Source: Thermoproteota archaeon (GTDB taxonomy: Archaea > Thermoproteota > Thermoprotei > Gearchaeales > Gearchaeaceae). From it: 64,000 bases of DNA. The number at the start of each line of letters is the position of its first letter. The first letter of the stretch is position 1. Below the pieces are notes generated by a model. It was given only the letters and a program-made list of their open reading frames with translations, searched no databases and was not told the DNA's origin. Below, one piece after another: positions 29,238-39,721 of the stretch. The position numbers were made by a program, and so were the translations under genes. The stretch spans positions 19,213 through 83,212 of the forward strand of contig JAVVGF010000003.1 in assembly GCA_032249235.1 (NCBI GenBank). Reading direction: 5' to 3'.

Positions 29238-30463
29238 ATTACAAATACTTAATTTTAGGAGGAGGAATTGCTGGTTGTTATGCTGCTCAATCTATAAGAG
29301 AAGTAGATAAAGAAGGGAGCATCGCTATCATTTCTAAAGAAGTGCATTTACCTTATGATAGAACGGTTCTTTCAAAGGGTTATCTTCAAGGAAAGATCAA
29401 AAGAGAAAGTATTTTCATAAAAAAGAAAGATTTCTATGAAAAGAATAAGATTGAATTGATTCTAGGAAGAAAAGCTGAGAAACTAGATGCACAAAATAAA
29501 AAGGTTAAGTTAGATGATGGTAGTTGGATAGGTTTTGATAAGTTACTAATTGCAACAGGAGGAGAACCCAGAAAGCTAAAGATAGAAGGTTCAGAATTGA
29601 AAGGGGTTTTTTATCTCAGATCTTTAGATGATTGTGATTCGATAATAGAATGGCTGAGTTCAACAAAGAAAGCTGTAATAATTGGAGGAGGTTTTATTGG
29701 ATGCGAAGTAGCTTCCGTTTTAGCTTCTAAAAATATCGATACAACAATTCTAGAACTTACGCCTCATTTGCTTTCAAGAGTATTGGATGAAGAAATGTCC
29801 ATATTCATTGAGAACTTCTTAAAAAGTAAAGGAATCAAAATAATGACGAATTCTTCTGCTAGCAGAATAATTGGAGAAAATGGAAAAATAAAAGCTGTGC
29901 AAACTAATAATGGAGATGTTATTGAAGCTGATATGGCTTTGATAGGTGTAGGGATAATTCCCAACATTGAGTTAGCAAAAGATGCAGGTGTTAAAACAGA
30001 TAATGGAATAATTACAAACGAATATTTAGAAACAAGTATTCCTGATATATATGCGGCTGGAGATATTGCGTTATTCTTCAGTCCCATTTTTAACAAATAT
30101 TTACGCGTAGAACATTATGATGTAGCATTAAAACATGGAAAAGTTGCAGGAAAGAATATGGCAGGTAAGAAAGAACCTTTTAATGAATTACCTTATTTCT
30201 TTTCATACATGGCAGAATTGAGTATATATGTATATGGAGAGCTTAGCAATAAATACATAAGTGTTAGGAGAGGATTACCAGATTTGAAAAAAGGTTTTCT
30301 TAAGTTTTATTTCGAGAATGGAACTTTGAATTCAGTATTATCTGTTAATACATTCAAAGACTTAAACATTGCGAAAGAATTAATAAAAAGAAGATTTAAA
30401 GCTGAAGATATTAATATATTTTCAGATGAAAATTTCGATCTGACTAAGCTTTTAAATTTTTAA
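29234..30463 (+). CDS. FAD-dependent pyridine nucleotide-disulfide oxidoreductase (ferredoxin/rubredoxin-reductase-like)
   Basis: FAD fold GGGIAGCYAA, NAD(P) fold IIGGGFIGCEVA and AAGDIA. Its start overlaps the comA-like stop. Confidence 0.75.
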   Translation: MNYKYLILGGGIAGCYAAQSIREVDKEGSIAIISKEVHLPYDRTVLSKGYLQGKIKRESIFIKKKDFYEKNKIELILGRKAEKLDAQNKKVKLDDGSWIGFDKLLIATGGEPRKLKIEGSELKGVFYLRSLDDCDSIIEWLSSTKKAVIIGGGFIGCEVASVLASKNIDTTILELTPHLLSRVLDEEMSIFIENFLKSKGIKIMTNSSASRIIGENGKIKAVQTNNGDVIEADMALIGVGIIPNIELAKDAGVKTDNGIITNEYLETSIPDIYAAGDIALFFSPIFNKYLRVEHYDVALKHGKVAGKNMAGKKEPFNELPYFFSYMAELSIYVYGELSNKYISVRRGLPDLKKGFLKFYFENGTLNSVLSVNTFKDLNIAKELIKRRFKAEDINIFSDENFDLTKLLNF

Positions 30464-31657
30464 TAATTTAATTTTTTGTTCATTATTATTTACAAATCTA
30501 ATTAGAGTTAACCATATTGCATCTAATACAGGTTTAGCGCTTGTAGCAATTCTTGCTTTTGAATCAATTATTTTTTCTATCATTCCATAACTTACAATAT
30601 TTCCATCTTTTTCTAAACCAACTAGCATACCTTCAAGAACTTCAATTGGAATGTAAACTGTCTTGAATGCTTCGTTTATGACGATTGAAAACTCTCTTGA
30701 TGAAAATATTCTAATTTTATAACCTTCTTCACTCTCAAGACTGATCGAGCCCAATTCGTACTTTAGATTTTTATATATTCTTCCTAAGAAGCCAAAACTT
30801 AGTGTTTTCAAATCTATGTTTATTCTAGAATTCGTGGAAATGAATTTAGCATATTGCATTTCTCTTCTCAAAACTCTCGTAGTCCTATCTTTTCCAATAG
30901 CTGGTGGTATTTTAAGATTAACAATTTCACAGTTCAAGCTTGAAAACTTTGTTTTTAATTCTTCATTTCCTATTAAAAATATGGCATTAGGATTCATTTC
31001 TTTAATTAACTTAATTTTGTATGCAATACCTGGACCTTCAATATAACCATCGGTATTGATTATTACTGTATCAACGTCTTTAAAATATTCCAATGCTTTT
31101 TTCATGCTTTTTATTATGAGTTCTTCATCTACACTTACGTCTATTAAACCAATAGGTATAACGAAGTCTGCATATACATCCCTTAGATCAAATATTCCTT
31201 CTTTAAGTATCTTACAACCTATAAAAGCAGGAGGAGTTAAATCAGCTTGACCTACATCGCCATCGAGAATTCCTACTTTCTTATTCATTGATAGTGCTAT
31301 GTTTGATAATAGAACTGCAAGAGTGCTTTTTCCTGAATCTGTAGGACCTAAGATCATTATTTTCTTATATTCATTCCCTATTTTTGACTTGCATTTCTCG
31401 ATTTCTTCAGCCCATATAGCATATCCTAAATCTCCTCTTCGTATTTCGTATGTCGCATCTTCGTATAACAATAATTTAATGGAAGCTGATTCTTCAAAAG
31501 TCTCTATGGGAAGAGCTTTACCTTTCCTAATAATCAGTTCTTTAAAATCTTTTGCTAAGCAGAATACTTTACCCTGAAATGACTTAGCCGAAGCTGGTCC
31601 TCTAACCAGCAACACTTCGCCTTTATGTATTGTAACAACTTCCTCCTTCACTCTCAA
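30452..31657 (-). CDS. Clp1-like polynucleotide 5'-kinase family protein
   Basis: The central P-loop GPTDSGKSTLAVLLSN matches the Clp1_P pattern and is flanked by N- and C-terminal beta domains. Confidence 0.55.
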   Translation of the reverse strand: MRVKEEVVTIHKGEVLLVRGPASAKSFQGKVFCLAKDFKELIIRKGKALPIETFEESASIKLLLYEDATYEIRRGDLGYAIWAEEIEKCKSKIGNEYKKIMILGPTDSGKSTLAVLLSNIALSMNKKVGILDGDVGQADLTPPAFIGCKILKEGIFDLRDVYADFVIPIGLIDVSVDEELIIKSMKKALEYFKDVDTVIINTDGYIEGPGIAYKIKLIKEMNPNAIFLIGNEELKTKFSSLNCEIVNLKIPPAIGKDRTTRVLRREMQYAKFISTNSRINIDLKTLSFGFLGRIYKNLKYELGSISLESEEGYKIRIFSSREFSIVINEAFKTVYIPIEVLEGMLVGLEKDGNIVSYGMIEKIIDSKARIATSAKPVLDAIWLTLIRFVNNNEQKIKLLKI

Positions 31658-32034
31658 TTAATTAATATATATGTAGAATTGATAACGTTTATCTAAAAAC
31701 AACGATAACAATTTTTTAAACAAGATGCGTACATGCTTATTTAACTTAAACTATTTTTAAGAGAGATGAACAACTTGTTTAAAGTCTTGTTTATAGAGCT
31801 ATTACATGACAAGTATTGATCACATCAAGTAAAAGCTAAGCTTCTGTTTTATCTGAAAATTAAGACACACTCTTTTAATAAGATTTTGTAGCTTAGCTTC
31901 TCTTGCTTATTAGCGGATATCCTTGATCTTATTTCAAGTCAGTTAACATGTTCTGAGCTTTTCAAGATAGCTAGTATTTTGTCCAAGATATGGATCTTAT
32001 AGCAATCAAAAAACTAATGACAAAAAATTCTTAT

Positions 32035-32523
32035 TTAAGAGTTAAATCGAATTATGTTTTTCGCCTCATTTAACATATCTTCTATTTTCTTAATTGACAC
32101 AACTACATCATCTATTGAATATTTCTTTTCATGAAATCCCCAAACATGCAAATCATAAGCTACACTCCAACCTTCTAAAATCCAATAACCAAGCTTTTTT
32201 GATAAAGTTTTACTAGCCTTACCCAGCAAATAAGTATACCATCTTCCTTCTCTCAGAAACTCCTCATACTCATTTGTCTTAAATTTCTCTGCTAAAGCCT
32301 TAACGACCTCCTCAGCTACTTTATACGCTTTTTCAGAAGCTTGAACCGGATCTTTCCTCTGAATATACTGTTTACATTCCTCTAAATATCTCTCCGCATA
32401 TTCTATTCTCTCCTTACTACTTTCGGTTGGATCTTCTCTGCTTAACACGTCTAATAAGACATCATTTATATCTATACCTTTCTCTTTAAGCTTCTCGATT
32501 AATTTCTCATTCACATTCAGCAT
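32035..32523 (-). CDS. PaREP1 family protein
   Basis: Shares the conserved core …QASEKAYKVAEEVVKALAEKF…REGRWYTYLL…LHVWGFHE… with the 41515..41982 paralog. PaREP1 is a Crenarchaeota-specific family. Confidence 0.75.
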   Translation of the reverse strand: MLNVNEKLIEKLKEKGIDINDVLLDVLSREDPTESSKERIEYAERYLEECKQYIQRKDPVQASEKAYKVAEEVVKALAEKFKTNEYEEFLREGRWYTYLLGKASKTLSKKLGYWILEGWSVAYDLHVWGFHEKKYSIDDVVVSIKKIEDMLNEAKNIIRFNS

Positions 32524-32788
32524 TCTCTAAAATTCTCCCTTTTAATAATACACAATGAGCAAATAAATACTTTTAGAAACCATATTGTGTTATATGATTT
32601 ATATTATGTTAAGATTTTAGTTTTAAATTTTCGTAGTTCTTCATCATTCATAATTTGGATCTTTGGATTAGAGCCGTTCTCCCACCTAATTGTTCTAAGA
32701 AGTTTGGAGTGTTTCAATTTAATTGAAATGAGGTCAAGCATGTCCATGGATGGACAAGAGAAAGTCACAAAAATTTTATTCAAGAGTT

Positions 32789-33322
32789 TTAAGACAAGTA
32801 TTTTAAGAGTTTACTAGCAATGTAGTCATAGCTATTTTCACCCTGAAATCTATCAACAATATTGAAGTTTTTATCTATAATAAAATATGTGGGTGTAGCC
32901 GTAACACCATACTTATTCATTACTTCCCCGTTTATATCATAAACATGAAGCCAATTCGTATTATATGTTCTTATAAATAAAGCTGTCCTAGCCACGTCAG
33001 TATTCGCGCTTAACATAACTGTTATTACAACAACTCCTTTACTTTGGAAGTCTTGATTTATTTGTTTGATAACACTAACCATATTTCTACAATGAGGACA
33101 CCATTCTACTGCGAACTCTAATAAAATGACTTTTCCTTTATAATCTGAAAGCTTTGCGCTACTTCCTGTCAAGCCATTTGCATCTATTATAGGTAACTCA
33201 AAGTCGATCGCCTTGCTCGATGATGAAGTGCCTGAGAATCCTTGTAAATTTAAGACAATTATACCTGCAATAAATGCTATTATGACGAGAGCTATAATTA
33301 GATTTCTTTGTTTTTTCTTCAC
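32789..33322 (-). CDS. Membrane-anchored thioredoxin-fold thiol-disulfide oxidoreductase (TlpA-like)
   Basis: N-terminal TM anchor and a WCPHC active-site motif. Confidence 0.7.
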   Translation of the reverse strand: MKKKQRNLIIALVIIAFIAGIIVLNLQGFSGTSSSSKAIDFELPIIDANGLTGSSAKLSDYKGKVILLEFAVEWCPHCRNMVSVIKQINQDFQSKGVVVITVMLSANTDVARTALFIRTYNTNWLHVYDINGEVMNKYGVTATPTYFIIDKNFNIVDRFQGENSYDYIASKLLKYLS

Positions 33323-33800
33323 AATTTTAATATAAATGAGCTTTATTTAAGCATGTTAAAAATACAAAGATTGCCTATCGAGATGAGGCTAAGTAAAATC
33401 TTTTCATCATAATTTAGGAATCTTCAATTTCAACATTGAAAGATTCCTCTGCAACCTTTCTAACAGTTCTAAAGTGGCGCTTAAATATAACATCCTTAAA
33501 CCTAAGCATAGATTCTCTTTGAATTTTGAAAAGTCTTCTTAGCATTCAGACTTCTTTACATGGTTCTTTTATAAATCAATCCATTTTTAATTATTTCAAA
33601 ATGTCTTAAATGATCGTTTATCATATAATAAAATTCAATATTTTTCTTTAATAATCCTAAAAAAGCTTTTTTATCGCACTTCTTATATAAAATTAACAAA
33701 CAAATATTAAGAAATTTTATAAATATCTTAGAAATAAGCTTTTAAATAACTCTATTCATTATTAATTAAGTCTTTATAACCTTAGCACATATTATTTGAA

Positions 33801-34291
33801 AAAGAGGAAGAAGTAGTTAATGCTTTTTGCCAAGTTTTTAAAGATGAATTGGTAGCCTTGGTTCTCTATGGTTCTTATGCTAGGGGAGAATAGAAAAAAT
33901 CCAGCGATATTGATTTGTTGGTTGTTCTTAAGAAAATTGATGACAGATACGAGGTATTCAAAAATTTATTCAAGTTGAAAAAATACTGGAACAAAGTTTT
34001 TATAAAAAGTTAAGAGAGAAGGGATTTGATCCTTACATTTCTCCTGTTTTTTTAGATGTGGAAAACGCAACAAGATTTAGACCATTGTATATAGATATAG
34101 TCTTCGATGCCAAGATACTCTATGATAAAGACGATATTATGAAATATGATAAAGACGATATTATGAAAAATACCATTGAAAAAGTGAAGAAAAGATTAGA
34201 AGAATTAGGTGCAAAGAGGATCAAACGGGGAAGCACGTATTATGTTATAATAAATAACTTCCAACCCGGTCAGATCATAAAATATGAATAG
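33801..34291 (+). pseudogene. Degraded minimal nucleotidyltransferase (MNT) antitoxin-like gene
   Basis: The LYGSYARGE and SDIDLLVV motifs are interrupted by an in-frame TAG. A frameshift lies at the A6 run near 33930. A 24-nt tandem duplication creates the repeated DKDDIMK. There is no start codon. Confidence 0.6.
34121..34168 (+). repeat. Perfect 24-nt tandem duplication (tatgataaagacgatattatgaaa, two copies)
   Basis: Read directly from the sequence. It encodes the duplicated YDKDDIMK. Confidence 0.9.
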
Positions 34292-34709
34292 CTTAGAAAT
34301 TGCTGAAGCTTATTTAAAGGAAGCAAAAATTAGAAAAAATATGCTGAATTAAGTCTTAATGAAGATAAAGATTATGCATTTTGTATAAGAATTTGCCAAG
34401 AAGCAGTTGAACTTTCTATTAAGGCTTGTTCAAGACTCGAGGTATAGAATATCCAAAAACTCATGATCCTGGAAGGATTTGATAGAATACATAGATCGAT
34501 TACCTACATGATTTAGAAATGAAGCAAATATCATTGCAGATATTTCTAGATGGCTTAGAGAGGGAACCTTCATTATATGGTGATGAAAGGGAAGGAATAC
34601 CGCCTACACTATTATACAGAGAGTTATTGCAAGAAAAGCATTAGAAGCTGCAAAGCATGTATATAGCGTTGCTGAAAAATTTCTAAATGAAACGAAAGAG
34701 CGTATATAA
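34284..34709 (+). pseudogene. Degraded HEPN-domain toxin-like gene
   Basis: Begins at an ATGAATAG overlap with the MNT remnant. Recognisable HEPN-like fragments (AFCIRICQEAVELSIKAC, YPKTHDPG) are broken by several stops and frameshifts. Confidence 0.45.
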
Positions 34710-34943
34710 CTTTATTATGATAAAGTTTCTTACTTAAAATATAAAAATATTTATTTTTAATAAAATAAAAATTTTACTTAAATTTTGCTATAAATAAAAA
34801 TTTTCCAAAATTTTTATAAACAATTTTGTTTATATGATATTTCATATACAAAAATTTAAAGTATATTTAAAAATACGAAGATTACAATCACATTGACTAA
34901 AGTCACTATCCAACCTATTTTGAAAAAATCCAGAAAGCTCAGC

Positions 34944-36152
34944 TTATATCCTTCTATTTTCAGCGCTTTCCAGAATTATTAAATTGCTGGCTGCACCTAT
35001 TATTGTTAAATTACCTGCAAGCGTACTTCCTGCAGCTAATGCTATCCATGCGCTAACATCTGTAGAGGTATAACCAACTTCTTTAAGAATCGGTAAATAA
35101 ATGGTCACAAATGGTACATTACTCAAAACTTGACTTAGCAATACGCTTGCAATTAATATATGAGATATCGATGCGCTATCTTTAGGGTTCAAAGCAGGTA
35201 AAAAATTGCTCAAAAAAGATATTATTCCTGCTTTTGATAATGCTTGCATTAAAACAAAAAGCGCTGCAAAAAGTACAAGAATACTCAAATCAAGCCTAGT
35301 TAATATTTCTCTTCTTCTATTGGAAAAAGCCAAAAGAATTATCGCTCCAACTAATGATATCTCTGCGATACTAAATTCAAAGTTATATCCGAGTAATTCA
35401 AAGACGTTCATTGTTAAAATTGCTAAGATAGTTATTGTTAATATAATAAATGAAATCTTTGCTAAATTTTCATCTTTATATTTATATATTTTTTTATCAA
35501 ATTCAAACGTTTCTTTGAAATTTATTTTTGAAATTGATATCTCTTTAGAAAAATATCTTGAAAGTATCAAATAAGTTATAAATATATTTATTAAGGTAGG
35601 AGCCGTCAAATAATAAAGAAAATAAACAAAAGGAGCCCTCATATTACTTTCTAAGGCTATGAGTAAATTTTGTGGATTGCCTATAGGTGTCATTACGCTT
35701 CCAATTGTGACAGAAAAAGCAAGCGTTATCAACACAGGCTGGGGAGATATTTTCATCCTTTTTGCTAATTCTAGCATTAATGGCGTCCCTATCAATGCTA
35801 ATGTATCATTCATTAATATTGCCGATAGTAAGCCTATACCTAATAGAATCATTAACAAAACCATCTTCGCATTTCTTGCTTTGCTCAATAAATATATTGC
35901 AAAAATTTCTATAGCACCTGAGATTTCAAGACTTGCGGCGAATACTAACATGCTGAATAAGAAAACAATAACGCGAAGATTGATAGATGAATATGCTTCT
36001 TCAACACTTATTATTCCAGAAAGAACCATTAATACCGCACCAATGCTCATGATTAACCAAATAGGGAAACCGCTTTTCTTTAGATTGCTAGCAATTATTG
36101 CAGAGTAAGTCGCTACGAATATTAATAGCGCTAGGAAGAAATCTGTTTGCAT
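34944..36152 (-). CDS. ArsB/NhaD superfamily permease (anion transporter)
   Basis: About 12 TM helices with the twofold internal repeat architecture typical of ArsB/NhaD/citrate-transporter proteins. Confidence 0.65.
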   Translation of the reverse strand: MQTDFFLALLIFVATYSAIIASNLKKSGFPIWLIMSIGAVLMVLSGIISVEEAYSSINLRVIVFLFSMLVFAASLEISGAIEIFAIYLLSKARNAKMVLLMILLGIGLLSAILMNDTLALIGTPLMLELAKRMKISPQPVLITLAFSVTIGSVMTPIGNPQNLLIALESNMRAPFVYFLYYLTAPTLINIFITYLILSRYFSKEISISKINFKETFEFDKKIYKYKDENLAKISFIILTITILAILTMNVFELLGYNFEFSIAEISLVGAIILLAFSNRRREILTRLDLSILVLFAALFVLMQALSKAGIISFLSNFLPALNPKDSASISHILIASVLLSQVLSNVPFVTIYLPILKEVGYTSTDVSAWIALAAGSTLAGNLTIIGAASNLIILESAENRRI

Positions 36153-36178
36153 TAATCTAATTTAAATAAAAAAATTGC

Positions 36179-36709
36179 TTAAATAGGTTCTGCAGGTACT
36201 TGAGGAGGTTGATATTGCTCAGGTAAAGAGAAGAATGCAATTATCAGAAATATCGCGCCTATGAAGAATAGGATAAGAGTAACAATTGCTCCTATTATAG
36301 TTAAAGCAAGGATTGCTCCTATGAAAAATAACAAACCTGCTGTCTTGAAATATCCTACATTTAAAGTATCTCCTGTTTCATCTAAGCTCCTTTTAAAGAA
36401 CCACATGCCAATTATTAATAATACAGCAGCTATAACAACTAGGATCAAGGAAAAAAGCGTAGCAAATATATCAAAAGTGAAAAAAGCACCTACCAAAGAG
36501 AATATAGAGAAGGATAGTATTGCTAAGCCGATTATTCCCATAATAATAGCATAGAGGGCATTATTGAATATGCTGGGTTTTTTGGTATCGTCAGATATGA
36601 ACTTGAGAGCTATTAGTATAAGTATGAATCCAACTATATCTGTGTAAGGGAAAATCAAGAGTATTGAACCGATTCCTCCTAAAAGCTTCGCATCCTTTAC
36701 GCCAGCCAT
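36179..36709 (-). CDS. Membrane protein with a proline-rich C-terminal tail
   Basis: Four or five TM helices and a QYQPPQVPAEPI tail. Confidence 0.4.
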   Translation of the reverse strand: MAGVKDAKLLGGIGSILLIFPYTDIVGFILILIALKFISDDTKKPSIFNNALYAIIMGIIGLAILSFSIFSLVGAFFTFDIFATLFSLILVVIAAVLLIIGMWFFKRSLDETGDTLNVGYFKTAGLLFFIGAILALTIIGAIVTLILFFIGAIFLIIAFFSLPEQYQPPQVPAEPI

Positions 36710-36873
36710 ATTCGCTCTATTACTTATAAATATATAAAGTTTACTTTTTTCTAAATCTAACTCTATTTAAAATGGATAACTTTTAAAGAGGAACCATGGA
36801 TAAATATAAGGTCTAAATCGGATTAGTAAACTTTAATTTATAATGTAAAGCTGATTTATTTAAAAAAATTAAA

Positions 36874-38319
36874 TTAAGTATGGAGATATGAAGCCATCAC
36901 GAAATATATTATGAATATTACTGTAACAATTAATGTGGCTATGTTTATATCCCTGAATCTTCTTGCCAGTAGTTTTATAATTGTATAAGTTATGAAAGCT
37001 AATCCTATTCCATCAGCAATACTCCCTGTCAAAGGTATTCCTATTATTGCTATGAATGCAGGTATGGCTTCGGTTAGGTCTTCAAAGTCTACTCTTCTAA
37101 TTAAGGAAATGAACATCAGGCCAACAAGAATTAACACGGGCGCTGTAGCGAAAGCAGGTATCGCCGTAACAAGTGGTGCAAGAGGTAAAGATAATAAGAA
37201 TAATAAACCTACCACTATGGCTGTCAATCCTGTCCTACCTCCTGCCTCGACTCCTGAAGCTGACTCAATATAAACAACTGTTGTTGTCGTACCTGCTAGG
37301 GCTCCAACTACAGTAGCTGCTGCATCAGTATATAATGCTTTATCTATATTATGTGGTCTACCTTTTTCATCTACGAGCCCAGCTTTAGCTGTGATTCCTG
37401 TAATAGAACCTAAAGCATCGAAAAACTCTACGAAGAATAAAGTGAATGCTATAGGAAAAGATAGTGCTATAAGCTCAATGTAAAACCTTAAATTATTTGG
37501 AAAATTGGGAATTAAAGAAGTGGTGAATGCGGGAGTTTGAAAGATCTGAGTTGGCACTGGCGTGATACCTAAGATCATGCCTAATGCTGTTAAAACAATT
37601 ATTGTCAATAAAAAAGCTGGCGGGAATTTCTTAACATAAAGATAAGCTGCTAAAAAGAATCCTCCTAAAGCAAGTAGTGTGCTTGGAGTAACAAAAGCTT
37701 TAAAATTAAATTGCAAGAGGGGTGTCTCAGGTAATGAGCTTATCAGTCCGCTATTTGCAAGGCCTATTAACGTAATGAATATTCCAATTCCAACGCTTAT
37801 TCCATATGCTAAGCTTGGAGATATTGAACGCAATATTGCTTCTCTTATACCACTCCATGAAGCGAATAAGAAAATTAAACCGTCTACGAAAACACAGAAG
37901 AGAGCAACGAATAAGGCTATTGTAGCGGCATCTACTCCTTTTATTCCTAAGGTTAAAAGTGTTGATGTGAATGCCGGAATCACAGTAAAAGCTATGAAAC
38001 TATTTTCTCCCATTCCAGGAGCTAGACCTAGAGGTAATCTTGCAAGCAAACCCATCAATATTGAACCGAATGCAGCTGCTATCATCGTAGCTGTAGCAAT
38101 TCCTATTTTTACACTATTTACTAGCGCAATTTGATCAGGGGTTAAATTCTGAGTACCTAAAGCATTTTTTAATGCAATTTCGAAACCTGCACCTACAATG
38201 ATAGGATTTACAAAAATTATATATGCCATTGTCAGAAAAGTCGTTATGCCTGCTACTGTTTCAACTCTTGTATTAACTTTTACTTTTTCTTCAAGACCTG
38301 TTTTACCAATCGCTCCCAT
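36874..38319 (-). CDS. Purine (adenine/guanine/hypoxanthine) permease, NCS2/AzgA family
   Basis: The N-terminal motif VETVAGITTFLTMAYIIFVNP is characteristic of AzgA/PbuG permeases. About 13 TM helices. Confidence 0.75.
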   Translation of the reverse strand: MGAIGKTGLEEKVKVNTRVETVAGITTFLTMAYIIFVNPIIVGAGFEIALKNALGTQNLTPDQIALVNSVKIGIATATMIAAAFGSILMGLLARLPLGLAPGMGENSFIAFTVIPAFTSTLLTLGIKGVDAATIALFVALFCVFVDGLIFLFASWSGIREAILRSISPSLAYGISVGIGIFITLIGLANSGLISSLPETPLLQFNFKAFVTPSTLLALGGFFLAAYLYVKKFPPAFLLTIIVLTALGMILGITPVPTQIFQTPAFTTSLIPNFPNNLRFYIELIALSFPIAFTLFFVEFFDALGSITGITAKAGLVDEKGRPHNIDKALYTDAAATVVGALAGTTTTVVYIESASGVEAGGRTGLTAIVVGLLFLLSLPLAPLVTAIPAFATAPVLILVGLMFISLIRRVDFEDLTEAIPAFIAIIGIPLTGSIADGIGLAFITYTIIKLLARRFRDINIATLIVTVIFIIYFVMASYLHT

Positions 38320-38385
38320 TTGAGATAAAGAAAAAAGATAGGTATATATAGGTGTTTACCTTTATTTCGACTAGAAATTAAAAAA

Positions 38386-38829
38386 TTAAAATAGTATATT
38401 TAGGAAATAATATCCTAAAATTATTATTAAACCATAAACTAATAAACTTAGGGTTTGTAATACTATGCCTTTTCTAGTAGGAAATTTTATTAATGCTAAA
38501 AAAAGAGATGTTGCATAAACTCCTACAATTGGAGTAAATATAATTATTGCAAAATCCAATCCTCTTTTAGCTTTACTTTTTAAATACTCTCCTCTTTTTA
38601 TAAAGAATTTTACTACTCTATTTTCTTTTTTATAAATTTTTTCAAACAATTTAAAGATTGGATAAGCAGGAATTATATTTATAATTAATATTAGAAATAG
38701 TGCAAATACAGGATTAAAGCCCATTGCTAGGGCTAGAGGTAGCGCAACTATTAATTCTCCTGTCAAGGTTATTATTATAACGAGTATTATTTCAGCAAGC
38801 ATACTTTCATTTATTTTTTGCTTGTTCAA
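38386..38829 (-). CDS. Small integral membrane protein
   Basis: 147 aa with four TM helices. It overlaps the upstream DUF1028 gene by 23 nt. Confidence 0.4.
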   Translation of the reverse strand: MNKQKINESMLAEIILVIIITLTGELIVALPLALAMGFNPVFALFLILIINIIPAYPIFKLFEKIYKKENRVVKFFIKRGEYLKSKAKRGLDFAIIIFTPIVGVYATSLFLALIKFPTRKGIVLQTLSLLVYGLIIILGYYFLNILF

Positions 38830-39619
38830 TTAATATCTTCAGTACACTTTTACCGATTTTATAACCAGTAAATTTTCCTTCGAAATTATTCATTTCAACC
38901 CATGTTTTTAAATCCTTATATCCTAGTTTTCTGAGCGCATCTTCTATTTCTAATTTGTAATCATCAATGTCAACCATTTCTTCTTCAATGAAAGTAGCAA
39001 TCCAAATATTCATGATTCTTTCTAATTCTTTTATAGGATCAGGATGATCATCAACACGTAAATCGAAATATTTTCCAACGATTAAAGGGTCAAATTCTTT
39101 TTCGCTCTCATCAACTTTCTTAGCTATTATGATAGCAGCGCTTTGCTTACCTCTTATATCTCCTCCTTTTTGTTCTCCTGCTTTCAAAGCTCTTATGATT
39201 TTCTCATATATTTTTCCTCTTCCTTCAGCTTCTTTAGCCATTGCTTCTATTACTTCTTTACCTGCAAGGATATTTCCCTGAACGGAATAATAATTTCCTA
39301 TGATATGACCCGCATAAGGATAACATTCTTTGCCTGTAAATGCGGCTACATTACCTTTCGAATCTACTATTCCTACCTGTCTTTTCTCTTTAAAGGCATC
39401 ATTGCTTATTAATATCTTTAAAGTTTCTTCTGCGTTGTATCTAGTTAATAAATCTAAACCTTTTGTTCCGTATTCGAGATTAGCTAGAGATTGCGTAGCT
39501 ATTGCTCCAACTTTTGCTTTAACCCAAGGAACAAAAGCGCCTACTGCTAAAAATTTACTCGCAACGCCTACGCCCCATGCTTCTTCATTTGGATCATAAA
39601 TAACTATGGAAAATGTCAT
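38807..39619 (-). CDS. DUF1028 family protein (Ntn-hydrolase-like)
   Basis: The N-terminus MTFSIVIYD…WGVGVASKFLAVGA is typical of DUF1028. Confidence 0.6.
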   Translation of the reverse strand: MTFSIVIYDPNEEAWGVGVASKFLAVGAFVPWVKAKVGAIATQSLANLEYGTKGLDLLTRYNAEETLKILISNDAFKEKRQVGIVDSKGNVAAFTGKECYPYAGHIIGNYYSVQGNILAGKEVIEAMAKEAEGRGKIYEKIIRALKAGEQKGGDIRGKQSAAIIIAKKVDESEKEFDPLIVGKYFDLRVDDHPDPIKELERIMNIWIATFIEEEMVDIDDYKLEIEDALRKLGYKDLKTWVEMNNFEGKFTGYKIGKSVLKILIEQAKNK

Positions 39620-39687
39620 AAGAAGAAATAGATTAAGGAAATTAATTATTTAATGAAAATTCTATTATCGCAATAATGATTTGACAT

Positions 39688-39721
39688 GGATAAAGAAAGC
39701 TTTAGGAAGCCTTATTTAATT
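39688..39721 (+). repeat. Degenerate copy of the 5' end of the 43124 reductase gene (31/34 nt identical, starting at the ATG)
   Basis: atggataaagaaagctttaggaagccttattt versus atggataaagaaaactttagaaagccttattt at 43124. Both encode MDKE(S/N)FRKPYL. Confidence 0.6.

Noticed and set aside
32587-32817. The 76-aa ORF at 32587..32817
   Set aside because: It lies in the PaREP1 promoter/intergenic space and overlaps the thioredoxin-like gene terminus. It has no motifs.
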